64,000 bases of DNA from Harriotta raleighana (lineage: Eukaryota), in NCBI GenBank assembly GCA_050575255.1, contig JBNZDD010013687.1, forward strand, positions 2,587,227 through 2,651,226, given 5' to 3'. A program made the translations under genes and the position numbers. The notes below the pieces were generated by a model. That model did no database searches and had not been told where the DNA came from. It saw nothing but the letters and a program-made list of their open reading frames with translations. This document shows positions 47,801 through 59,831 of the stretch, piece by piece (the stretch's first letter is position 1; the number at the start of each line of letters is the position of its first letter).

Positions 47801-50362
47801 TTAAGAAGATTTACAAGCGAACACGGTATGTGTCATTGAGAAGCACTTGGGCGATAACCTATTATATCAATAAAGTGAGTGACAGCAACTCAAATTACAG
47901 ACATTTCATTAGAAAATTAGTCAATCTCGGTTTTACGGTAACACTGGAAAACGACGGGAAACTGTGCAAAAAAAAATCTACTATTGCGCCCATCACTTTC
48001 AAATACAATGCAATTTATTGGCGATAATAATAATTAAAAAGGCGGATATTCTGTGTGGTTTGTAAGTTTGCTTAGTATTGTGTTTGCGATGGTCTCCCGT
48101 AGGCTCGCCCAACCTGTGGAGTGAAAGCTCAATTTGGGCAGAGCTGTTTGAAAGTGCGGATTCTTTCTTCCCTTTGACTCGCCGGCCGAATAGGTTGAGC
48201 TAATGCTGAGGGCTTCGTGTGAATGAACTAGAAAACACTCGACAGGTCGTGAATAATCGTTTTAATGAGTGTGTAAAGCATGCGACGGGGTGCAGAGATC
48301 TGTCGGGTTAAACAAACAACTTGTACCCTGATGTAATCCGATTGTTAAAGTGCAAAGTGGTGTCATTCCAGTTTTCTGTTCAGTTCGTTAAAACCACAGC
48401 TCCAACACGCGGGAGTCCAATTGTCCCAATTAAAGAAAAATAACAATATTTTCTTAACTTGAGTGTGATCTCGCTTAATGTTACTCTGTGGTTTAGCCAA
48501 GCATCAAGTCAAACAAAAAGGTGATTTGCGATCACACTATGGTCTTTAATCAAACTACAACCTAACCCATAATATATTTGCTATCCGTAGGACAGCCCAT
48601 ATGTGAATGTTCAGTGCATTTAGTATCAAAAGGAGTTAGCAGATCGATACAAGGTAAATTATTTTATAAGTACCATGTAGTGCTTTGATTGAAGTAATTA
48701 TGATTTTTAGAGCAGGGAAATACTAATTGTACCTTTGGGATTTTTTTTCAACTGAAATACTCGAAACCCATGGATAGGAAGTTATACGATATTTAATAAG
48801 TCCGATGGATTTTTCTAAATGGGAGATACACTTTGTTCTCAAAATGTTAGTCAAGTGTAAATCTCATTTGTAGAGCATTAAGAAATGTACAGATACTTAA
48901 AGAGGTTTACTTTATATTTCCATCTCAAATGCATACTGTTAAATAGCTCATTGTTATTTTGAGGCAACGGTATCGTGTTAAATAATCTCTGAATCAACTG
49001 TCACTCCGATTTCCCTAAAAAGAAACAGAAAACTATCAGGGAGAAGAGAATGATTTAAATAAACATTCCCAATGCCAATGGTTTCTCGTGAGTTATCTTT
49101 TGAAATCTAGGTTACATTTAAAATTTGCATTGGATATCCATGGGACATTCTTTTACAAAGACTTGTGATGTTTAGAAATTATTTACCACGCTAATTGGAA
49201 GTTTTGAAGTATTGAATGTTCAAAGTGGGAGACAGGTGTTAACCTCTAACTTTTTTAAATGGTCTTGTATTTTAATAAGCGAGGTTCATAATTATTAACA
49301 GCCTAACTTTAAATAAGAATGATAAGAAATATAACCATTAATATTTTTTCAAAATATAAGTTGAAATAATATGTTTGCTTTAAACAACTTACTTCAATGC
49401 ATTCGGATTTTAGACTTGCTTAATTACAGCTAATTGTGTTTATTTTGACATACACAATTCAAAATAACCCTATATATAGAGCCGCCCAGTAAACACTTCA
49501 GGTAGTGTTACACTAATTATACAGTTGTATACAAACTGCAGTACAATAAAACTTAACACTATGTAGGTAAGAAATTCATGTATTCTATGCCATTCTTTTC
49601 TGATAGTATTTCAGTATAAAGGTTTCAGTGAACTATTGTACTTACAAGTGGTAATATTCATAAAGTGTTTCACAGGTTCACGTACAAATATGAAATATCT
49701 AGTTGACTTTTTCCTCTAGTAATGTAAAAAAAATCCCCAATTTGGTTTTTTCTTCTGGTTGTTTGTTTTCCGTCCCTTTGCTGTGTAAGTAAAATGCGCT
49801 GACACATGTTTACGTCAATACAGCTGTGCTTTAAGAAACGTTTGTCTTGCTGAAGTGAAAACAGGTTACAGAAACAAAAACATTTACAACGTCAGAAGCA
49901 GGCGGCAACAATTCTTCACACGTCAACAATAACTCATGAGTTTCAGAGGGGGAGAGAAAGTGACAGCGTTCCTATCACATATCTATCCCTTTGTCCAATC
50001 TATAATTTCAATTTTAGAAACTAAGTGTTCCACTCTCATTTACAGTCTTTCGCGAAACAAGTACTTCAGATGATAATTGGTCGACTTTACTTTTTACAGA
50101 TATAACACTGCCCTTGGCCCAATGAGTTTTATTATACGCCTGTTGTACATCAACTATTGAAGAATAAAAGTACAGAATAGACATGGCAAACCGTTGGAAA
50201 TTACAATTACAAAGAAGTGAATGTGGACTTTTCTGGTCAGCCCCAGTTACACTGGAAATGAATAGTTAGCCAATGTGAAGACGTGAGGCGGCTGCCAAGC
50301 ATCGTCATTATGTTTGCAGATTTCAGTCATCACACTTGTGAATTCAGAGTCTGAGATACAAN

Positions 50363-50412
<50 letters not shown>
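50363..50412. repeat. Poly-C tract next to an N
   Basis: About 50 C after the N at 50362; length probably unreliable. Confidence 0.85.
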
Positions 50413-51254
50413 ACCCCACCACCGCCCTCTCTCTCTCACTCACTCAGAGTCATTGACCCCCAACTAGAATCACAATGAGTTGTTCAATGCTCCCAGCACA
50501 AGAAGTAAAGTTCTCGAAAATGACCCCTAGGAGCTAGGAACTGAGAGAAGGTGTAATGTCTACTTAGTGAAGTGACTGGGTGTCCGATCAGATGTCATGT
50601 AAACGAAAGTTAGAAGGCGAGAGACATACCTGAGGCCAAAGAAGAGGTGAACATGATGAATGAAAAGCTGGTCACAGTGCACCGAGTCAATATGACATCC
50701 CGCCATAAAGTGTTCTTTTGTAAACTAAAAAGGAGAGCTCGGCGCCGTTACAGGTTCTAGATGGTAAACAGGTCGTCTCTGCCGGAGTGGGGGNGGGGGG
50801 GGGGGGGGGGGGGGGGGGGCTGCTATTGTTAAACTTGCTGGAGTCATTGTGTGCTAAATAAAGTGGAGAAGAGCACAGACAATCTTGAGATTGGATTTCT
50901 TGGTGTATTTTCTTCCGAAACAGTTCATTGGTTTTCGAAAAGTAGCGCATCAAAAACAAAAACATTTTATCTGCAAAGTCACAAGAACAGATGCCCAAGG
51001 TTAACTACCTAATTGACAACACCCGTGGACAGATTTGTAAAGTTCCGTTTAACGGGACTGCTAGAGTCAGAAAGCATAAAAATGATTGACTCTGGTCCTT
51101 GAACCGCTGTTTTGGCACAATCCGGATAAATGAGTCGCAATTTATTATTGTGATAGTAATCGTTTCCAAGGTTTACACTCTCATTAAAATAAATCAATAC
51201 ACGTTTCATTAGTCATTGGCGTTCATTCATGGCGCTCAAAAATAATAATAAGTT

Positions 51255-51420
51255 GGTGATTCAACCCACGACTGTTTATGGGACACTGCTAGGCATATTT
51301 GGCTGCAGCGTTTCACCCACAAAGATTTCAGTCAATTCATTTTACAATATAGTCTGTAAAGCATTTTGAGACGTCTTGAAGATTCGATCAGGCGCTATAT
51401 TTAATGCAAGGATTATTGTT
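51255..51420 (+). mobile_element. SINE 3' half
   Basis: ttcaacccacgactgtttatgggacactgc..tttggctgcagcgtttcacccacaaa..aagcattttgagacgtcttgaag..ggcgctatatttaatgcaaggattatt. Confidence 0.85.
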
Positions 51421-52903
51421 TTTATTACTTATTTATTTATCATCAGATTTTTCATCAGATTTCAAATATTAATATTTGTTTACTTTTATTTCTCTACTGT
51501 TAAGCGTGATGACAGTAGACTAGAGATTTTAATAGTCTACTTACAGCTTTGAGTCACAGTTGAATTAACACATTCTGTATTAACTGTATTCTAGTTAATC
51601 TTTATTAAAACAACAAATTCCTTGTTAAAATATGCACTGCGTTTAACTGCCCTAAAATAATCCAGATTATTTAGAGGGTGAGTGAGCACAAAATTTGCAA
51701 CCGAAGCTATAAAGTAAAACCGAAATGAGGCGACGTCAATTTATGCAAACACAAAATAGATAATGTGATAATGTTTCAATAATCCATTTATTATTGATAA
51801 TTGTCAAGTATCCCAGATGTAAGTGCTGTTCACATTGAAACGATGTCAATTCTTTCCCTCTTTGTTTTAACAGATTTATCAGCTCTTTTCTGTGCTGTCT
51901 TTTTAAAAAAATATATACATAAAAAAAGCCCAAACGCCAATGATTGGCACTTGATGATGTCTTTTTTGATCATTCCGGATAAACATATCATAACATTGTT
52001 CGATGTATTTCACGTACGTTTAACGTTATAGCTGATTTCATCGATTCTACATATGACATCGACGTTGTCCTGTTTACTATGGTCCTTGCATATTTTAAAA
52101 GCCAGATACAATGAAAGTATTGGTATAAATAATCATTGTTTTGTGTAACACTGATATCGTTTGTCACAATATACTCTTCTTTGATACACATTTTGAGGCG
52201 CATGTCAGGCTATGGATTTAATATGTTCTTACCATTACCATGTTGCTGATAAAATCAATAGGAATATATCTGGTTAACATAACATAAATGAAATCGGCGG
52301 GTTGTTTGTTAATTTACAATAACAACAAACAGCATTATTTTGCACCTGGAAAGTTTCAAATTGATAATCCACTTGTTAATGTGATGATTTTAGACATCTG
52401 TTGTGAAATTATTTGACAAGTTACCAACACAACGTGGAAAGGCTCTGATTTCATTTAGTACAAAACAAGAGGAAAGGGGAAGAATAGACTTTATCCAACC
52501 TTCTGAAATGACACAAAGAAATAACCTAAATAGTCTGGCTGACTTTAATGGTGTTTATGGGGGAAAAAATGCAGAAATAATACAACCAATCACCGAGATA
52601 TAACACTTTTCCCCTAATCATACGTGTCCCACAGTCTTCACCTCTACATAAAAATCCAATACCACAGTATTCATATATTCAAGTTTTTAAAAAAATCGAA
52701 ATCAAAGGCGTTTGAAACTATTATTGATATGTATTATTGATATGAACCCACAGGGCAATCGTCTCCAAAATGAAATCAGTAAATTAATATTTATCAAAAA
52801 GACAAAAAGTCCTTTTATGATTCTGTATGTTTGTAGAAGAGTGCCAAACTGAAAATAAATTATTTCATTTAAGAGTGAATGTCATTGGAGAAATCACCAT
52901 TAC

Positions 52904-52968
52904 AGCAACAACAGAATTGCATTTATATAACGCCTTTCACATTGGGAGGACGTCCCAATGTGCTGCAC
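52904..52968 (-). mobile_element. L2 3' tail
   Basis: agcaacaacagaattgcatttatataacgcctttcacattgggaggacgtcccaatgtgct. Confidence 0.8.
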
Positions 52969-54532
52969 AATTCATGTTTCAGCATTCATTACATTTATGA
53001 ATGCTGATATACCATAATATAAAAAAGTGAGAACACCTATTTTCGTACGTTTTGCTCCTCGTCTTAGTGACAAAGTACTGGAGAACAAAGAACAATTCTG
53101 AGATGTGTCTTATATATATTTTAAAACATTGATTTGTCAAATTGTTACTCTTTAATTGGATATAATATACATCTGTAAACAATTTGAAATCCCCAAATTC
53201 AAGGGATTCAATGATTTAGTGTTATATCAATGTCCTTTCGTCTTTGAGATCTGGAGCCAAGATATTTGGGATCATTGTTCGTTTTTCGAAGGCTCTTGGG
53301 AATTGTAACTGAAAGAGATCGGGCAGTCGTAACTCAGTTTTCAGTGGATATAAATCCTCAGCAACAAAAAAATCCCCCGATCTGGCAGTTATTGCAACTA
53401 ATTGGATGGGTAATCTTACCCAGCAGTCTAACGGTACATTTTATAGAAAATGGAAATATAAGGGAATGCAGTAAGCAATACTGTGTTGAGTTTCGGGTGG
53501 TACATATTTGGACACACAAACACATCAGATATCCCTCTCATTCCAACACATCCATGAATTTGTACATCTGAAATTAAGAGGATTGGTATCTTGGGAAACA
53601 GTGCAGGAATAGAGAAACCAAGTTAAAATGATAGAATGTAAAGCTGTTATTAGATAAACTAAGATATAAAACTCAATAATACCTGCATTTATTAGATTCG
53701 TTTAACACTACAAGCATTTCTCTAGGAACTCCACAATGCACTGATTATTATGCAAGAATGCAGAGACATTTGGGACCTTGACAAAGCAATACATGTCTGC
53801 CCCGTGATTTAATTAGCTATTTGTTGTTTCTATCTACATCATATTTTTGCATGCATACATTTGAATCATAATAGCGATAACTTTAATCAGTTTTTACTAA
53901 AAATACATATATATATTGCTTCTCATGTGTGGATGAAATGTATGATCACTCAGTCTTAACTTTTGAATAGGATTTTGTTAGTTTTTTTATAGTGTGCTTA
54001 AAGTATACACATTTAGGATCATAAATGTAGACACAGTGATTAGTTAAACAAATGATATTTCCAACTAAAACAAATTACATTTGTTCATTCAAATTTCACA
54101 ATAATATCATCTCTGACGAACATTATACCTATTAATACTTGTGCTTGTTCTGTTATAACTTATTTCAGATACTGCTGCAGTAATTTTGAGACATGCATTT
54201 GCATCACAATCACATACAGTGAAAGAAATTCCAGCAGTATTTACATGTATACATGAACGTAACAAATAATGATGATTTATGCCAAGATGCCATGTATTTG
54301 CAGTATCACAGGGATCAACTTGCTGACTTTCAAGACAATACCTATCGAGGATAAGTACTAACGCAGTATATAACATATTTTATTAGTAGAACAAGTTATT
54401 GTTAAGAAAACTTATTTTTCTTTGAGGGCATTTCCCCTTTTATTTTTTGCTCTGGTCTTCTGACAGGCCATAGTAATCTTCACAGGCAGAATTCTGTCCT
54501 GGGCTACTGGAAGATGAAAGATGATTTGGTCT

Positions 54533-54564
54533 NNNNNNNNNNNNNNNNNNNNNNNNNNNNNNNN
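54533..54564. other. Assembly gap
   Basis: Run of N followed by poly-C. Confidence 1.
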
Positions 54565-56499
54565 CCCCCCCCCCCCCCCCCCCCCCCCCACCACTACCTC
54601 AACCCCCCCTCTCACCCCCCACCCCCCTCCGTGGGAAAGTATCTGTCTTTTGTTGAGGGCCTCCCAGAACAGCTGAGATTGGGAAGGCATCAACATGTAG
54701 GGTCAAGCTTTGTCCCAATGTTGCTGTGGTCTTGTCCATTGGTATATGTACCTGGTTTATTATTATTGACAGCTTTGAATAATAAATGGAGGAACAAAAA
54801 TCAGGACGGTACAGTCAGTTAGGTCAATGGATTTCCTGCAGAATTTTAATTTTAATTTTAGTCTTAAATGAAATAAACAATTCCTAATATTTATATAGAG
54901 CATGATAAATAAAGAATCTATGCACATTCACATTCGTATATATTCACACAGTTCGACAGTAATAATGTATTTAATTCGCGAATGTTATTACTGTATTTTA
55001 TTTGTGCAATAATAATCATATCTGCCTTGTATCAGCTTCATATTCATTCATACTTTGCGGCTACTTTCGGTACCAGCTGGAGTGATATGTAACAGACCGC
55101 TTCCTGACAAGATTCCAAAACTGTCATTAGAGATGTATGGTTGAGTGCACTCTCTTTCCCAACTCCCCATCCTCCACTCTATACATCCCAACCCGTTTTG
55201 CTCAAAATTCAGTGGTGTCAAGTTTCATATGTTTCTTTCGGTCTGGGATGTGTGATTCATTAGAATGGAAAACAACAAGTTTTTTTGTTTCAAAATGTAA
55301 CCCCTCAATAATAAATACAGATCATAAGTGCAATTAGGTTTGAAATTGATGTCACTTTTGCTTAATCCTAAGTGTTGCCCCTAAGATTGCATCAATGTTG
55401 ACAGCTCTGATTTCTTATGATCCTTATGGAAATACGTACTTCCCAATCCGGTAATAGAGTTCCTAGATTTTTTTTTTCCTTTTATTGCCCAGGACATACC
55501 AACACGATCTCTCCCAATCTGAGCTAGTTCCGTCTACATTAATACCACTTCAGAGCTGTCAACCTCAAAGAAGTTTAAGAGTGAGATTCGTGATCCAGAA
55601 AAGTGAGAACGATTGCAAACCTGTTTGAACATACGAAGCTTGTTTGTTTTTTTCGCAGACAGACAACAAAATGTGTTCTGGGTGAGTACTTACTAATTAC
55701 TAATTGAAACTCAGGTAGAGAGGCATGAATAAGGGTGGCGTTCAATATTTGTGTTTTGTGGAAGACAATTATTTTCCAGAAGCAATGGAAGAGACAACTG
55801 GAAGGCTCTCAAGTGGTTCAGGTGGGTACGAGTTTGTTGCCTTTGGTTTCGATAAATGAATTAGCTGAAAAACTATTCCATTCATTGCTATTGATTGTAG
55901 CAGGCTTTCAGCAAACTCCTTGGAACTGGAGTAAAGTGGAACACCGTGGAAGAGGGGAATTATCCCAGTAGCTGCAGGAAACAAATTCCATTGATCTAAC
56001 TTATCAATTTTTCTGAATTTTCTGAATTTTGTCAACATTCTCTCTGAATGTTAATCAAAGCGTGGCGAAACCATTAATAGGTGTAATAAGACAACAGGCA
56101 CAACCCAACTGATTTTTTATTCCTATTTAATTTCTGGGGGCATGTGGGATTTTATTAGTGACGGAGGAAATCTGTTCCAGCAATTTCTAATTGTAACATG
56201 ATTTCCCTAACCACATCTGATAATTCTGGCCTTTATGTTTAAAAAAATATTGTTTTCTTCCATTTTCCATCTGATTTCTCCCTTACCTTCCCATCCAGAA
56301 AAAAAGAGATTTGTGGCATGGAATTCCTCAGTCAAGAGATCTTCGGTACATTCTCTGAATAACTTTTCTTCATATGTGAGCCAAATACATTGAACATTGC
56401 TAGGCGATTCGAACCACAACGCAGTGACACCTAATCTCGTCTTCATCCCCATGGCTTCTCATATGTGTTTTCTTGCAGGAGACAATTGATCAACTCAAT

Positions 56500-56790
56500 C
56501 CTGCAGCTCGGTGGTTAGAGCACTCGCCTCGCAAGCGAGAGACCTGGGTTCGATTCCCAGCAGGTCAAGTTTCCTTATTCCACACCATTCCTGATAATAA
56601 TCCTTCGAGGGAAAAAAAAGAAAATAATAAGAATTTGGCACTCAAATCACGACTGTTTGTGGGACACTGCTGGCTGCAGCGATTCGCCCACAAATATACA
56701 ATCAATTAAATTTACAGTATATTGCTTGAAGCGCTTTGAAACGTCTCGAAGACACGATAAGGCGATATCTCAAGTGCAAGGATTGTTATA
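56500..56790 (+). mobile_element. tRNA(Ala)-derived SINE, near full length
   Basis: cagctcggtggttagagcactcgcctcgcaagcgagagacctgggttcgattccc, then caagtttccttattccacac, body gggacactgctggctgcagcgattcgcccacaaatataca, tail gaagcgctttgaaacgtctcgaagacacgataaggcgatatctcaagtgcaagg. Confidence 0.9.
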
Positions 56791-57807
56791 ATGATCATAT
56801 AATAATCATAATAATAATTCTTTCATTTGATGATCAGGATCACAATTCCTGCCCAATGTTGGCTTGTATGGTTCACTGCTGCCCCGGGTTGAATTTTGAT
56901 GCACAAATGAAGGGGAGATTAGTTTAAAAAAAAGTTTTTACATTATTGGTACACTATCTTATACTTGGGTGAGGATTGGTTTCTGTGGTCTCGATCAGAG
57001 CCAACAACGATTACAGAGTAAATAGAAATGTCTGGATTGTCATTTTGCACCCTTTGTGTAAAAGAGGGATGGGTTTTTTATATATATATATATAGAGAGA
57101 GAGAGGGAGAGAGATAGTGGTTGGGGGTGGAGGTAACTTGATGTGTTAGGAATTGTGTTGGACACAAAGTAACTTTTGCTTTCAATGATTTCAGATTTAG
57201 TTGGGCAGCTGTTTGGTTAAAGGGATACAGTATTGTGAAGTGTACATGCAGGTAAAATAAATCAAAAACTTTAATGCAGACGAGGGTGGTGGTGGGGTAG
57301 GGGGTTGTAGAGGGAGCTGAATTCCTGGGGCAATTCTCCCACCCACCCACCCTTATTCCCAGGTCAGGTAGAGAGGGTCATCTGAAGCTATGGAACCTCT
57401 CATTGCAGATTGCTGCCCTCGAAGGTAAAGGAACGACCAAGAATTGATGGTTGGAAAGCCACTTACTGTGGAGACACAGTCCAGTCGGCTGGTAAGTACC
57501 TTGATACCTTCTCACCTGTGGGTTGGACTTTGCTTGACGGCTGTAACAAGTCCTTTTCCATCTTCCAAGCAGCACTGTTCCAATCGGTTTCTACTTCACT
57601 TGTTTTCTCCCAAACACGTGAATCGGCAAGAGCAGGAATCCAACTTGAATAGTAAAATGATGTACTGTTAGAAGGGGAATCTATTCATCAACAGATGCAA
57701 TTAAACAGCAGTATTTTTTTTACCTTTGCTTTATGTGGAGAGTGGTTTTTTTTTGTACCAGAGTGAGCTACAACAGGAAGTCGGTAACCACAGATAAAGC
57801 TTCCGAG

Positions 57808-57926
57808 ATCATATCCATCCTCCCACACACATACACATACATGCCCACACACATACAACTCTNATCATATCCATCCTCCCACACACATACACATACATGC
57901 CCACACACATACACACATACAACTCT
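57808..57926. repeat. Duplication around a single N (two alleles of a CA-rich repeat)
   Basis: 57808-57862 (55 bp) and 57864-57926 (63 bp) differ by one 8-bp acacatac unit; N at 57863. Confidence 0.9.
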
Positions 57927-58703
57927 GAACGCAAACTTTTATCCGGTGAAAATGAGGTCAATTGAGTGAGTCGCTCTTCGAGATTGAGGACTTTCAACAT
58001 TGAAATATTATCACTGACCTTTTCTCTTAAGCGCATCCAGTCAATGTTTTTAAAAAATATATATTGGAACAACACATCGATGTTTTCTTTTGCTATGTAA
58101 CCCTACACTGGCTTGCATTCTTGCTTGCAAACTCTGCAAGATGTACGATAATGCATTCAACCCCAGATAGGTCGACATTAATATTTCCAGTTAGCTACAA
58201 CTGTTGCTCACTGTGAAAAATGAGGTACTGTGCAATTTTTTCCAATGTGACCATAAAATAAAAAGGAGTTTCCAATCTAAACAATTTAAACAGAAACTAT
58301 GCATGGAGCAGAATGCCCATGGTTATCTACACGTGTGTCATTGCCTCATTTATTTACCAATGTGATTTTTTTGGGGGGCGGGAATGGGTTGGAGCGGTCA
58401 GCTAGGTTTCTAACGCATGCAGAAACCAATCACTATGCTTCAGTCAATCGAAAGCAAACTTAAGAGTTTCATGCATCTCATCTATACATAGAAATACCAG
58501 AGATGTTTAATGGTATGGAATGTGCAGTCTCTCGGGAGGGTGGAATTCTGCTCACCTATTTCTGGAAAGTATTAGGCAAGAGACAATCCTTATGGATTCC
58601 AGTGTGTGTATTGGATATTGATGTGATTCTCTGTTCCTGACATGTGCATCATTGCTGTATGTATAAATAACTTTACTAATGTATGTAAAAAGAGTCATTA
58701 TAT

Positions 58704-58740
58704 CAACAACAACGCAATTACATTTATATAGCACTTTTCA
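58704..58740 (-). mobile_element. L2 3' tail end
   Basis: caacaacaacgcaattacatttatatagcacttttca. Confidence 0.65.
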
Positions 58741-59667
58741 ATTTATTTCTGCAATATTATAAACAAAGAGTTCAAGCACTAACAATATAAACTATTTTCA
58801 ATTCTAAAATATAATTCCAACAGCAAAATGCAAAAAAAGTTTCCAGTATAAAAACGTTATAAGCTTCAAAAGAATATTGCTTATAAGCAATGCAGTTAAG
58901 GATCCTGAGAAGGAAGACTTGAGTTTTCATTAAAATTAATTGAAATTACATTGTAGTCAATATTAGATGTAGACGTTATAGTGTTCATGTGTATCAGTAA
59001 AATAAAGCCAATATCACTTTGGGCCTAATTACATTGCAGAGAACTGGACGCTAACCATCCTTTGCTATCCTCTGTGAACCCTTCTGGCAAATGAAAACAA
59101 TGAGCTAAAAGCAGAAAAGGTAAACAAAAACTGTATTTCTGCCTATTATGACAATAACATGCTTTACAATATTTTGCAAGAGGTAATGAATCTTATGATT
59201 CAGGTGACATTAATAAATTGATCAAGTTTCTCTTTTGTCATTCATGTTCCTTAAAATAAGATGGGCTGGAGTACATAACTTGTATCCTGATCAAATTTGA
59301 ATTCATCTGAGTACTGTACTAAATTGAGACTTATCTGAAAGCAAGATAATTGGAAGGCAGGTGACTGTTGTGATACTTTTAAAACAATAGATTTAAAGTA
59401 TTCCTATTGCATTATGGAGGATTTAGAGCTTACCTACTGACATGTTTTCTCAACCACTGGTCCATAATGAAAACACGAGGAGATCCTGGATACAATACAC
59501 TGCCAAAATCCTATAATCCTTCAAAGGTAAAATGACAGAATTATGGCAAATACATAGATATAACCAAGCACGATTCTGAGTGGACACTCAATGCTAGTTT
59601 TTCACACTGCTTCTTGTATATATGATAAACATTTTTTTTAGAAAAAGGGCATAATAAAATAATTTGG

Positions 59668-59831
59668 TCACTCAATCCATGATTGTTTGTGAGACACTGC
59701 TGTATGCAATTGGCTGCCATGTTTCACTCACAAATATAGTCAATTCACGTTACAGTATATTCTGTGAAGCGATTTGAGACGTGTAGAAAACATGAAAAGA
59801 GCTATATCAAATGCAAGGATTGTTATTATTA
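59668..59831 (+). mobile_element. SINE 3' half with CpG decay
   Basis: ctcaatccatgattgtttgtgagacactgctgtatgcaattggctgccatgtttcactcacaaatatagtcaattcac..gaagcgatttgagacg..agctatatcaaatgcaaggattgttattatt. Confidence 0.88.

Noticed and set aside
56500-56575. tRNA-Ala(CGC) gene
   Set aside because: It has A/B boxes and an anticodon arm but no proper 7-bp acceptor stem or T-run terminator, and it continues into SINE body and tail. The same applies to 21954.
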